Shown piece after piece: positions 55,980 to 56,135 of a stretch of 56,135 nucleotides of DNA. Position numbers and translations under genes: made by a program. Origin of the DNA: an uncultured Desulfobacteraceae bacterium (GTDB lineage: Bacteria; Desulfobacterota; Desulfobacteria; Desulfobacterales; UBA2156); NCBI GenBank assembly GCA_964596535.1, contig CAZQUR010000007.1:1-56135 (forward strand), written 5' to 3'. Numbering within the stretch: position 1 is the first letter of the stretch; each line of letters opens with the position of its first letter. The notes under the pieces are model-generated. The model ran no database searches, was not told where the DNA came from, and saw nothing but the letters and a program-made list of their open reading frames with translations.

Positions 55980-56135
55980 ATTGCAATCCCCCTGCGCGGA
56001 TCGGAAAAAATCATCGGGCCTATTGTATCACGATAGACTACCGGTATTCGGAATTTCGTTTTGACCGCGGATTGACACCCTTGTCATTTTGGCATATTAC
56101 ACGATCGGTCATTCGTGGATCAACGCATTTTTTAA

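Noticed and set aside
1-56135. Selenocysteine read-through at TGA stops of redox genes
   Set aside because: The TGA stops examined (OYE, bzdQ, Fe-S protein) end complete domains and overlap the next ATG; none sits at a Cys-motif position.
1-56135. CRISPR arrays, tRNA/rRNA, integrases, transposases, prophage genes
   Set aside because: No regularly spaced direct repeats, no cloverleaf or rRNA signatures and no such protein motifs were seen.
1-56135. Long antisense or alternate-frame ORFs (e.g. 1386..2411, 3792..5003, 14116..15162, 25246..26391, 43336..44394, 45178..46251)
   Set aside because: Shadow ORFs of well-supported genes in GC-rich DNA, with no motifs of their own.

Overview
56-kb chromosomal window that looks like a strictly anaerobic Desulfobacterota (deltaproteobacterial) genome. 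This is inferred from gene content only. I found no rRNA, tRNA, CRISPR array or transposase. From left to right it contains: (1) an envelope block (Tat protein cut by the window edge, YihG-like acyltransferase, DUF4139, two sugar-nucleotide epimerases); (2) a MoaD / flavin oxidoreductase / O-methyltransferase / atypical class III cyclase run; (3) a DUF2080 + GNAT pair; (4) an operon with the ATP-dependent activase half of an Azoarcus-type benzoyl-CoA reductase (BzdP/BzdQ) plus BzdV but no catalytic BzdN/O; (5) meaB, an HD protein and cydAB; (6) an IclR-centred divergent locus with an intact tungsten-AOR-family enzyme plus ferredoxin on one side and an internally deleted, cofactor-less AOR paralog plus ferredoxin, Fe-S protein and orphan MetV on the other; (7) an octaheme HAO-family cytochrome; (8) a cyclic-nucleotide signalling block (HD-GYP, HEAT, cNMP-PilZ, MinD-like, GGDEF); (9) TAXI-TRAP and MFS transporters; (10) a PAS kinase / USP / antiporter block with eroded gene remnants. 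The most interesting unexplained signals are a ~170-nt structured non-coding element present twice 23 kb apart (~85% identical core, one copy as the cydAB leader), the mirror-image live/dead AOR pair with two near-identical candidate IclR operators, and the orphan Bzd activase module. All family calls come from motif recognition by eye; no searches were run.
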